Shown here one piece after another: positions 14,001 to 27,197 of a stretch of 64,000 nt of DNA. The position numbers were made by a program, and so were the translations under genes. Under the pieces are notes generated by a model. The model was not told the origin of the DNA. It worked only from the letters and a program-made list of their open reading frames with translations, and ran no database searches. The DNA lies in contig OZ024744.1 in the NCBI GenBank assembly GCA_964016885.1, positions 10,292,001 to 10,356,000 on the forward strand, given 5' to 3'. The stretch comes from Eledone cirrhosa. Taxonomy: Eukaryota. How positions within the stretch are numbered: the stretch's first letter is position 1; each line of letters opens with the position of its first letter.

Positions 14001-14398
14001 TATGCTGTGTTGTTATACTCCTAAATGTTGTGTTGTTGTACTCCAATATGTTGTGTTGTACTCCAATATGTTGTGTTGTTACACTCCACAATGTTGTGTT
14101 GTTGTACTCCAAAATGTGATGTTGCTGTACTCCAATATGTCGTATTGTTGTACTCCAATATGTTGTGTTGTTATACTCCAATATTTCGTGTTGTTTTACT
14201 CCAATGTCATGTTGTTGTACTCCAATATTTCGTGTTGTTGTACTCTAATATGTCATGTTGTTGTACTCCAATATTTCGTGTTGTTGTACTCCAATATGTC
14301 ATGGTGTTGTACTTCAATATGTCGTATTGTTGTACTCCAGTATGTTATGATGTTGTACTCCAATATATTGTGTTGTTGTACTCCAATATGTTGTGTTG
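2071..14398 (+). repeat. Super-HOR copy 1 (4649+2915+4764 = 12,328 bp; start phase arbitrary)
   Basis: Marker spacings. The short unit is 3366 minus a 23-bp deletion (~7815) and a 428-bp deletion (~9061). The diagnostic GTTATTGTACTCCAATATGCTG at ~6307 recurs 12,328 bp later. Confidence 0.88.
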
Positions 14399-17300
14399 TT
14401 ATACTCCAATATGTTGTGTTATTTTACTCCAATATGTTGTGTTGTTGTACTCCAATATGTTGTGTTGTTGTACTCCAATATGTTGTGTTGTTGTAATCCA
14501 ATATCTTGTGTTGTTGTACTCCAATATGTTGTGTTGTTGTTCTCCAATATGTTGTGTTGTTATACTCCAATATGTTGTGTTGTGATACTCCAATATGTTG
14601 TGCTGTTGTACTCCAATATGTGTTGTTGTTGTACTCCAATATGTTGCGTTGCTGTACTCCAATATATCATGTTGTCGTACTCCAATATGTCATGTTATAC
14701 TCCAATATGTTTTGATGCTGTACTCCAATATGTCGTGTTGTTGTACTACAATATCTTGTGTTGTTGTACTCCAATATGTTGTTTTTTGTACTCCAATATG
14801 TCATGTTGTTGTACTCCAGTATGTCTTGTTATACTCCAATATGTCGTGCTGCTGTACTCCAATATGTCATGATGTTGTACTCCAATATGTTTTGCTGTTG
14901 TACTCCAATATGTTGTGTTGCTGTACTCCAATATGTTGTGTTGTTGTACTCCAATATGTTGTGTTGTTGTAATCCAATATCTTGTGTTGTTATACTCCAA
15001 TATGTTGTGTTGTTATACTCCAATATGTTGTGTTGTGATACTCCAATATGTTGTGCTGTTGTACTCCAATATGTTGAGTTGTTATACTCCAATATGTAGT
15101 GTTGTTATACTCCAATATGTTGTGTTGTTGTACTCCAATCTGTTGTGTTATACTCCAATATTTTGTGTTGTTATACTGCAATATGTTGTGTTGTTATACT
15201 CCAATATGTTGTGTTGTTATACTCCAAGATGTTGTGCTGTGATACTCTAATATGTTGTGTTTTTGTACTCCAATATGTTGTGTTGTACTCCAATATGTTG
15301 TGTTGTTATACTCCAATATGCTGTGCTGTTGTACTCCAATATGTTGTGTTGTACTCCAATATGTTGTGTTGTTGTACTCCAATATATCATGTTGTCGTAC
15401 TCCAATATGTCATGTTATACTCCAATATGTCGTTGTTATACTCCAATATGTCATGTTGCTGTACTCCAATATGTCGTGTTGTTGTACTCCAATATGTTTT
15501 GATGTTGTACTCCAATATGTTGTGTTGTTGTACTCCAATATGTTGTGTTGTTATACTCCAATATGTTGTGCTGTTGTACTCCAATATGTCAGGTTGTTGT
15601 ACTCCGATATTTCGTGTTGTTCTACTCCAATATTTCATGTTGTTTTACTCCAATATGTCGTGGTGTTGTACTCCAATATGTTTTGATGTTGTACTCCAAT
15701 ATGTCGTGTTGTTGTACTCCAATATGTTGTGTTGTTGAACTCCAATATGCTGTGTTGTTATACTCCTATATGTTGTGTTGTTGTACTCCAATATGTTGTG
15801 TTGTACTCCAATATGTTGTGTTGTTATACTCCACAATGTTGTGTTGTTGTACTCCAATAGGTTATGTTGTTGTACTCCAATATGTGATGTTGTTGTACTC
15901 CAATATGTTGTGTTGCTGTACTCCAATATGTTGTGTTGTTGTTCTCCAATATGTCGTGTTGTTATACTCCAATATGTTGTGTTATGATACTCCAATATGT
16001 TGTGCTGTTGTACTCCAATATGTTGTGTTGTTGTACTCCAATATGTTGTGTTGTTATACTCCAATATGTTGTGTTGTTATACTCCAATATGTAGTGTTGT
16101 TATACTCCAATATGTTGTGTTGTTGTACTCCAATCTGTTGTGCTGCTGTACTCCAATATATTGTGTTATACTCCAATATGTTGTGTTGTTGTACTCCAAT
16201 ATGTTGTGTTGTTGTAATCCAAAATGTTGTGTTGTTATACTCCAATATGTTGTGTTGTAATACTCCAATATGTTGTGCTCCAATATGTTGTGTTATACTC
16301 CAATGTGTTGTGTTCTTGTACTCCAATATGAAGTGTTGTAATACTCCAATATGTAGTGCTGTTGTTATACTCCAATATGTTGTGTTATAATCCAATGTGT
16401 TGTGTTGTTGTACTCCAATCTGTTGTGTTGTTATACTCCAATCTGTTGTGTTGTTATACTGCAATATGTTGTGTTGTTATACTCCAATATGTTGTGTTGT
16501 TATACTCCAAGATGTTGTGCTGTGATACTCTAATATGTTGTGTTTTTGTACTCCAATATGTTGTGTTGTTGTACTCCAATATGCTGTGTTGTTGTAATCC
16601 AATATCTTGTGCTGTTATACTCCAATATGTTGTGTTGTTGTACTCCAATATGTTGTGTTGTTATACTCCAATATGTTGTGTTGTGATACTCCAAAGTGTT
16701 GTGCTATTGTACTCCAATATGTTGTGTTGTTTTACTCCAATAGGTTGCGTTGTTGTACTCCAATCTGTTGTGTTGTTATACTCCAATATGTTGTGTTGTT
16801 ATACTCCAATATGGTGTGTTGTTTTACTCCAATATGTTGTGTTGTTGCAATCCAATATGTTTGTGTTGTTTTACTCCAATATGTTGTGTTGTTATACTCA
16901 AATATGTTGTGTTGTTGTACTCCAATATGGTGTGTTGTTGTACTCCAATATGTTGTGTTGTTGTACTCCAATATGTTGTGTTGTTATACTCCAATATGTT
17001 GTGTTGGTGTACTCCAATATGTTGTGCTGTTGAACTCCAAATCTCGTGTTGTTATACTCCAATGTGTTGTGTTGTTATACTCCAATATGTTGTGTTGTTG
17101 TACTCCAATATGTTGTGTTGTTGTACTCCAATATGTTGTGTTGTTGTACTCCAATATGTTGTGTTGTTGTACTCCAATATGTCATGTTATACTCCAATAT
17201 GTCATGTTGTTTTACTCCAATATGTTGTGTTGTTGCACTCCAATATGTCGTGTTGTTGTACTCCAATATGTTGTTTTGTTGTACTGCAATATGTTGTGTT

Positions 17301-20300
17301 GTTATACTCCAATATGCTGTGCTGTTGTACTCCAATATGTTGTGTTGTACTCCAATATGTTGTGTTGTTGTACTCCAATATATCATGTTGTCGTACTCCA
17401 ATATGTCATGTTATACTCCAATATGTCGTTGTTATACTCCAATATGTCATGTTGCTGTACTCCAATATGTCGTGTTGTTGTACTCCAATATGTTTTGATG
17501 TTGTACTCCAATATGTTGTGTTGTTGTACTCCAATATGTTGTGTTGTTATACTCCAATATGTTGTGCTGTTGTACTCCAATATGTCAGGTTGTTGTACTC
17601 CGATATTTCGTGTTGTTCTACTCCAATATTTCATGTTGTTTTACTCCAATATGTCGTGGTGTTGTACTCCAATATGTTTTGATGTTGTACTCCAATATGT
17701 CGTGTTGTTGTACTCCAATATGTTGTGTTGTTCAACTCCAAAATGCTGTGTTGTTATACTCCTATATGTTGTGTTGTTGTACTCCAATATGTTGTGTTGT
17801 ACTCCAATATGTTGTGTTGTTATACTCCACAATGTTGTGTTGTTGTACTCCAATAGGTTGTGTTGTTGTACTCCAATATCTCGTGTTGTTGTACTCCAAT
17901 ATGTAATGGTGTTCTACTTCAATATGTCGTATTGTTGTACTCCAATATGTTGTATTGTTGTTCTCCAATATGTCGTGTTGTTATACTCCAATATGTTATG
18001 ATGTTGTACTCCAATATATTGTGTTGTTGTACTCCAATATGTTGTGTTGTTGTATTCAATACGCTGTGTTGTTGTACTCCAATATGTTGTGTTGTTGTAC
18101 TCCAATATGTAGTTGTACTCCAATATGTTGTGTTGTTGTACTCCAATATGTTGTGTTGTTATACTCCAATATGTATTGTTGTTGTAATCCAATATGTTGT
18201 GTTGTACTCCAATATATAATGTTGTTGTACTCCAATATGTTGTGTTGTTGTACTCCGATATGTTGTGCTGTTGTACTCCAATATGTTGTGTTATTGTACT
18301 CCAATATGTTGTGTTGTTATACTCCAATACGTTATGTTGTTGTACTCCAATATTTAGTGCTGTTATACTCCAATATGTTGTGTTGTTATACTCCAAAAAG
18401 TTGTGTTGTTTTACTCCAATATGTTGTGTTGTTATACTCCAGTATGTTGTGTTGTTGTACTCCAATATGTTGTGCTGTTGTACTCCAATATGTCAGGTTG
18501 TTGTACTCCGATATTTCGTGTTGTTCTACTCCAATATTTCGTGTTGTTTTACTCCAATATGTCGTGGTGTTGTACTCCAATATGTTTTGATGTTGTACTC
18601 CAATATGTCGTGTTGTTGTACTCCAATATGTTGTGTTATTGTACTCCAATATGCTGTGTTGTTATACTCCTAAATGTTGTGTTGTTGTACTCCAATATGT
18701 TGTGTTGTACTCCAATATGTTGTGTTGTTACACTCCACAATGTTGTGTTGTTGTACTCCAAAATGTGATGTTGCTGTACTCCAATATGTCGTATTGTTGT
18801 ACTCCAATATGTTGTGTTGTTATACTCCAATATTTCGTGTTGTTTTACTCCAATGTCATGTTGTTGTACTCCAATATTTCGTGTTGTTGTACTCTAATAT
18901 GTCATGTTGTTGTACTCCAATATTTCGTGTTGTTGTACTCCAATATGTCATGGTGTTGTACTTCAATATGTCGTATTGTTGTACTCCAGTATGTTATGAT
19001 GTTGTACTCCAATATATTGTGTTGTTGTACTCCAATATGTTGTGTTGTTATACTCCAATATGTTGTGTTATTTTACTCCAATATGTTGTGTTGTTGTACT
19101 CCAATATGTTGTGTTGTTGTACTCCAATATGTTGTGTTGTTGTAATCCAATATCTTGTGTTGTTGTACTCCAATATGTTGTGTTGTTGTTCTCCAATATG
19201 TTGTGTTGTTATACTCCAATATGTTGTGTTGTGATACTCCAATATGTTGTGCTGTTGTACTCCAATATGTGTTGTTGTTGTACTCCAATATGTTGCGTTG
19301 CTGTACTCCAATATATCATGTTGTCGTACTCCAATATGTCATGTTATACTCCAATATGTTTTGATGCTGTACTCCAATATGTCGTGTTGTTGTACTACAA
19401 TATCTTGTGTTGTTGTACTCCAATATGTTGTTTTTTGTACTCCAATATGTCATGTTGTTGTACTCCAGTATGTCTTGTTATACTCCAATATGTCGTGCTG
19501 CTGTACTCCAATATGTCATGATGTTGTACTCCAATATGTTTTGCTGTTGTACTCCAATATGTTGTGTTGCTGTACTCCAATATGTTGTGTTGTTGTACTC
19601 CAATATGTTGTGTTGTTGTAATCCAATATCTTGTGTTGTTATACTCCAATATGTTGTGTTGTTATACTCCAATATGTTGTGTTGTGATACTCCAATATGT
19701 TGTGCTGTTGTACTCCAATATGTTGAGTTGTTATACTCCAATATGTAGTGTTGTTATACTCCAATATGTTGTGTTGTTGTACTCCAATCTGTTGTGTTAT
19801 ACTCCAATATTTTGTGTTGTTATACTGCAATATGTTGTGTTGTTATACTCCAATATGTTGTGTTGTTATACTCCAAGATGTTGTGCTGTGATACTCTAAT
19901 ATGTTGTGTTTTTGTACTCCAATATGTTGTGTTGTTGTACTCCAATATGTTGTGTTGTTGTAATCCAATATCTTGTGCTGTTATACTCCAATATGTTGTG
20001 TTGTTGTACTCCAATATGTTGTGTTGTTATACTCCAATATGTTGTGTTGTGATACTCCAAAGTGTTGTGCTGTTGTACTCCAATATGTTGTGTTGTTTTA
20101 CTCCAATAGGTTGCGTTGTTGTACTCCAATCTGTTGTGTTGTTATACTCCAATATGTTGTGTTGTTATACTCCAATATGGTGTGTTGTTTTACTCCAATA
20201 TGTTGTGTTGTTGCAATCCAATATGTTTGTGTTGTTTTACTCCAATATGTTGTGTTGTTATACTCAAATATGTTGTGTTGTTGTACTCCAATATGGTGTG

Positions 20301-23300
20301 TTGTTGTACTCCAATATGTTGTGTTGTTGTACTCCAATATGTTGTGTTGTTATACTCCAATATGTTGTGTTGGTGTACTCCAATATGTTGTGCTGTTGAA
20401 CTCCAAATCTCGTGTTGTTATACTCCAATGTGTTGTGTTGTTATACTCCAATATGTTGTGTTGTTGTACTCCAATATGTTGTGTTGTTGTACTCCAATAT
20501 GTTGTGTTGTTGTACTCCAATATGTTGTGTTGTTGTACTCCAATATGTCATGTTATACTCCAATATGTCATGTTGTTTTACTCCAATATGTTGTGTTGTT
20601 GCACTCCAATATGTCGTGTTGTTGTACTCCAATATGTTGTGTTGTTGTACTGCAATATGTTGTGTTGTTATACTCCAATATGCTGTGCTGTTGTACTCCA
20701 ATATGTTGTGTTGTACTCCAATATGTTGTGTTGTTGTACTCCAATATATCATGTTGTCGTACTCCAATATGTCATGTTATACTCCAATATGTCGTTGTTA
20801 TACTCCAATATGTCATGTTGCTGTACTCCAATATGTCGTGTTGTTGTACTCCAATATGTTTTGATGTTGTACTCCAATATGTTGTGTTGTTGTACTCCAA
20901 TATGTTGTGTTGTTATACTCCAATATGTTGTGCTGTTGTACTCCAATATGTCAGGTTGTTGTACTCCGATATTTCGTGTTGTTCTACTCCAATATTTCAT
21001 GTTGTTTTACTCCAATATGTCGTGGTGTTGTACTCCAATATGTTTTGATGTTGTACTCCAATATGTCGTGTTGTTGTACTCCAATATGTTGTGTTGTTCA
21101 ACTCCAAAATGCTGTGTTGTTATACTCCTATATGTTGTGTTGTTGTACTCCAATATGTTGTGTTGTACTCCAATATGTTGTGTTGTTATACTCCACAATG
21201 TTGTGTTGTTGTACTCCAATAGGTTGTGTTGTTGTACTCCAATATCTCGTGTTGTTGTACTCCAATATGTAATGGTGTTCTACTTCAATATGTCGTATTG
21301 TTGTACTCCAATATGTTGTATTGTTGTTCTCCAATATGTCGTGTTGTTATACTCCAATATGTTATGATGTTGTACTCCAATATATTGTGTTGTTGTACTC
21401 CAATATGTTGTGTTGTTGTATTCAATACGCTGTGTTGTTGTACTCCAATATGTTGTGTTGTTGTACTCCAATATGTAGTTGTACTCCAATATGTTGTGTT
21501 GTTGTACTCCAATATGTTGTGTTGTTATACTCCAATATGTATTGTTGTTGTAATCCAATATGTTGTGTTGTACTCCAATATATAATGTTGTTGTACTCCA
21601 ATATGTTGTGTTGTTGTACTCCGATATGTTGTGCTGTTGTACTCCAATATGTTGTGTTATTGTACTCCAATATGTTGTGTTGTTGTACTCCAATACGTTA
21701 TGTTGTTGTACTCCAATATTTAGTGCTGTTATACTCCAATATGTTGTGTTGTTATACTCCAAAAAGTTGTGTTGTTTTACTCCAATATGTTGTGTTGTTA
21801 TACTCCAGTATGTTGTGTTGTTGTACTCCAATATGTTGTGCTGTTGTACTCCAATATGTCAGGTTGTTGTACTCCGATATTTCGTGTTGTTCTACTCCAA
21901 TATTTCGTGTTGTTTTACTCCAATATGTCGTGGTGTTGTACTCCAATATGTTTTGATGTTGTACTCCAATATGTCGTGTTGTTGTACTCCAATATGTTGT
22001 GTTGTTGAACTCCAATATGCTGTGTTGTTATACTCCTAAATGTTGTGTTGTTGTACTCCAATATGTTGTGTTGTACTCCAATATGTTGTGTTGTTACACT
22101 CCACAATGTTGTGTTGTTGTACTCCAAAATGTGATGTTGCTGTACTCCAATATGTCGTATTGTTGTACTCCAATATGTTGTGTTGTTATACTCCAATATT
22201 TCGTGTTGTTTTACTCCAATGTCATGTTGTTGTACTCCAATATTTCGTGTTGTTGTACTCTAATATGTCATGTTGTTGTACTCCAATATTTCGTGTTGTT
22301 GTACTCCAATATGTCATGGTGTTGTACTTCAATATGTCGTATTGTTGTACTCCAGTATGTTATGATGTTGTACTCCAATATATTGTGTTGTTGTACTCCA
22401 ATATGTTGTGTTGTTATACTCCAATATGTTGTGTTATTTTACTCCAATATGTTGTGTTGTTGTACTCCAATATGTTGTGTTGTTGTACTCCAATATGTTG
22501 TGTTGTTGTAATCCAATATCTTGTGTTGTTGTACTCCAATATGTTGTGTTGTTGTTCTCCAATATGTTGTGTTGTTATACTCCAATATGTTGTGTTGTGA
22601 TACTCCAATATGTTGTGCTGTTGTACTCCAATATGTGTTGTTGTTGTACTCCAATATGTTGCGTTGCTGTACTCCAATATATCATGTTGTCGTACTCCAA
22701 TATGTCATGTTATACTCCAATATGTTTTGATGCTGTACTCCAATATGTCGTGTTGTTGTACTACAATATCTTGTGTTGTTGTACTCCAATATGTTGTTTT
22801 TTGTACTCCAATATGTCATGTTGTTGTACTCCAGTATGTCTTGTTATACTCCAATATGTCGTGCTGCTGTACTCCAATATGTCATGATGTTGTACTCCAA
22901 TATGTTTTGCTGTTGTACTCCAATATGTTGTGTTGCTGTACTCCAATATGTTGTGTTGTTGTACTCCAATATGTTGTGTTGTTGTAATCCAATATCTTGT
23001 GTTGTTATACTCCAATATGTTGTGTTGTTATACTCCAATATGTTGTGTTGTGATACTCCAATATGTTGTGCTGTTGTACTCCAATATGTTGAGTTGTTAT
23101 ACTCCAATATGTAGTGTTGTTATACTCCAATATGTTGTGTTGTTGTACTCCAATCTGTTGTGTTATACTCCAATATTTTGTGTTGTTATACTGCAATATG
23201 TTGTGTTGTTATACTCCAATATGTTGTGTTGTTATACTCCAAGATGTTGTGCTGTGATACTCTAATATGTTGTGTTTTTGTACTCCAATATGTTGTGTTG

Positions 23301-26300
23301 TACTCCAATATGTTGTGTTGTTATACTCCAATATGCTGTGCTGTTGTACTCCAATATGTTGTGTTGTACTCCAATATGTTGTGTTGTTGTACTCCAATAT
23401 ATCATGTTGTCGTACTCCAATATGTCATGTTATACTCCAATATGTCGTTGTTATACTCCAATATGTCATGTTGCTGTACTCCAATATGTCGTGTTGTTGT
23501 ACTCCAATATGTTTTGATGTTGTACTCCAATATGTTGTGTTGTTGTACTCCAATATGTTGTGTTGTTATACTCCAATATGTTGTGCTGTTGTACTCCAAT
23601 ATGTCAGGTTGTTGTACTCCGATATTTCGTGTTGTTCTACTCCAATATTTCATGTTGTTTTACTCCAATATGTCGTGGTGTTGTACTCCAATATGTTTTG
23701 ATGTTGTACTCCAATATGTCGTGTTGTTGTACTCCAATATGTTGTGTTGTTGAACTCCAATATGCTGTGTTGTTATACTCCTATATGTTGTGTTGTTGTA
23801 CTCCAATATGTTGTGTTGTACTCCAATATGTTGTGTTGTACTCCAATATGTTGTGTTGTTATACTCCACAATGTTGTGTTGTTGTACTCCAATAGGTTAT
23901 GTTGTTGTACTCCAATATGTGATGTTGTTGTACTCCAATATGTTGTGTTGCTGTACTCCAATATGTTGTGTTGTTGTTCTCCAATATGTCGTGTTGTTAT
24001 ACTCCAATATGTTGTGTTATGATACTCCAATATGTTGTGCTGTTGTACTCCAATATGTTGTGTTGTTGTACTCCAATATGTTGTGTTGTTATACTCCAAT
24101 ATGTTGTGTTGTTATACTCCAATATGTAGTGTTGTTATACTCCAATATGTTGTGTTGTTGTACTCCAATCTGTTGTGCTGCTGTACTCCAATATATTGTG
24201 TTATACTCCAATATGTTGTGTTGTTGTACTCCAATATGTTGTGTTGTTGTAATCCAAAATGTTGTGTTGTTATACTCCAATATGTTGTGTTGTAATACTC
24301 CAATATGTTGTGCTCCAATATGTTGTGTTATACTCCAATGTGTTGTGTTCTTGTACTCCAATATGAAGTGTTGTAATACTCCAATATGTAGTGCTGTTGT
24401 TATACTCCAATATGTTGTGTTATAATCCAATGTGTTGTGTTGTTGTACTCCAATCTGTTGTGTTGTTATACTCCAATCTGTTGTGTTGTTATACTGCAAT
24501 ATGTTGTGTTGTTATACTCCAATATGTTGTGTTGTTATACTCCAAGATGTTGTGCTGTGATACTCTAATATGTTGTGTTTTTGTACTCCAATATGTTGTG
24601 TTGTTGTACTCCAATATGCTGTGTTGTTGTAATCCAATATCTTGTGCTGTTATACTCCAATATGTTGTGTTGTTGTACTCCAATATGTTGTGTTGTTATA
24701 CTCCAATATGTTGTGTTGTTATACTCCAATATGGTGTGTTGTTTTACTCCAATATGTTGCGTTGTTGTACTCCAATCTGTTGTGTTGTTATACTCCAATA
24801 TGTTGTGTTATAATCCAATGTGTTGTGTTGTTGTACTCCAATCTGTTGTGTTGTTATACTCCAATCTGTTGTGTTGTTATACTGCAATATGTTGTGTTGT
24901 TATACTCCAATATGTTGTGTTGTTATACTCCAAGATGTTGTGCTGTGATACTCTAATATGTTGTGTTTTTGTACTCCAATATGTTGTGTTGTTGTACTCC
25001 AATATGCTGTGTTGTTGTAATCCAATATCTTGTGCTGTTATACTCCAATATGTTGTGTTGTTGTACTCCAATATGTTGTGTTGTTATACTCCAATATGTT
25101 GTGTTGTGATACTCCAAAGTGTTGTGCTATTGTACTCCAATATGTTGTGTTGTTTTACTCCAATAGGTTGCGTTGTTGTACTCCAATCTGTTGTGTTGTT
25201 ATACTCCAATATGTTGTGTTGTTATACTCCAATATGGTGTGTTGTTTTACTCCAATATGTTGTGTTGTTGCAATCCAATATGTTTGTGTTGTTTTACTCC
25301 AATATGTTGTGTTGTTATACTCAAATATGTTGTGTTGTTGTACTCCAATATGGTGTGTTGTTGTACTCCAATATGTTGTGTTGTTGTACTCCAATATGTT
25401 GTGTTGTTATACTCCAATATGTTGTGTTGGTGTACTCCAATATGTTGTGCTGTTGAACTCCAAATCTCGTGTTGTTATACTCCAATGTGTTGTGTTGTTA
25501 TACTCCAATATGTTGTGTTGTTGTACTCCAATATGTTGTGTTGTTGTACTCCAATATGTTGTGTTGTTGTACTCCAATATGTTGTGTTGTTGTACTCCAA
25601 TATGTCATGTTATACTCCAATATGTTGTTGTACTCCGATATTTCGTGTTGTTCTACTCCAATATTTCATGTTGTTTTACTCCAATATGTCGTGGTGTTGT
25701 ACTCCAATATGTTTTGATGTTGTACTCCAATATGTCGTGTTGTTGTACTCCAATATGTTGTGTTGTTCAACTCCAAAATGCTGTGTTGTTATACTCCTAT
25801 ATGTTGTGTTGTTGTACTCCAATATGTTGTGTTGTACTCCAATATGTTGTGTTGTTATACTCCACAATGTTGTGTTGTTGTACTCCAATAGGTTGTGTTG
25901 TTGTACTCCAATATGTGATGTTGTTGTACTCCAATATGTCGTATTGTTGTACTCCAATATGTTGTGTTGTTATACTCCAATATTTCGTGTTGTTTTACTC
26001 CAATATGTCATGTTGTTGTACTCCAATATCTCGTGTTGTTGTACTCCAATATGTAATGGTGTTCTACTTCAATATGTCGTATTGTTGTACTCCAATATGT
26101 TGTATTGTTGTTCTCCAATATGTCGTGTTGTTATACTCCAATATGTTATGATGTTGTACTCCAATATATTGTGTTGTTGTACTCCAATATGTTGTGTTGT
26201 TGTATTCAATACGCTGTGTTGTTGTACTCCAATATGTTGTGTTGTTGTACTCCAATATGTAGTTGTACTCCAATATGTTGTGTTGTTGTACTCCAATATG

Positions 26301-27197
26301 TTGTGTTGTTATACTCCAATATGTATTGTTGTTGTAATCCAATATGTTGTGTTGTACTCCAATATATAATGTTGTTGTACTCCAATATGTTGTGTTGTTG
26401 TACTCCGATATGTTGTGCTGTTGTACTCCAATATGTTGTGTTATTGTACTCCAATATGTTGTGTTGTTGTACTCCAATACGTTATGTTGTTGTACTCCAA
26501 TATTTAGTGCTGTTATACTCCAATATGTTGTGTTGTTATACTCCAAAAAGTTGTGTTGTTTTACTCCAATATGTTGTGTTGTTATACTCCAGTATGTTGT
26601 GTTGTTGTACTCCAATATGTTGTGCTGTTGTACTCCAATATGTCAGGTTGTTGTACTCCGATATTTCGTGTTGTTCTACTCCAATATTTCGTGTTGTTTT
26701 ACTCCAATATGTCGTGGTGTTGTACTCCAATATGTTTTGATGTTGTACTCCAATATGTCGTGTTGTTGTACTCCAATATGTTGTGTTGTTGAACTCCAAT
26801 ATGCTGTGTTGTTATACTCCTAAATGTTGTGTTGTTGTACTCCAATATGTTGTGTTGTACTCCAATATGTTGTGTTGTTACACTCCACAATGTTGTGTTG
26901 TTGTACTCCAAAATGTGATGTTGCTGTACTCCAATATGTCGTATTGTTGTACTCCAATATGTTGTGTTGTTATACTCCAATATTTCGTGTTGTTTTACTC
27001 CAATGTCATGTTGTTGTACTCCAATATTTCGTGTTGTTGTACTCTAATATGTCATGTTGTTGTACTCCAATATTTCGTGTTGTTGTACTCCAATATGTCA
27101 TGGTGTTGTACTTCAATATGTCGTATTGTTGTACTCCAGTATGTTATGATGTTGTACTCCAATATATTGTGTTGTTGTACTCCAATATGTTGTGTTG
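14399..27197 (+). repeat. Super-HOR copy 2 (4649+3366+4784 = 12,799 bp)
   Basis: Marker spacings; diagnostic variant at ~18635; extra 20-bp monomer at ~23820; internal +388/-388 rearrangement at 24421-25624. Confidence 0.88.
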
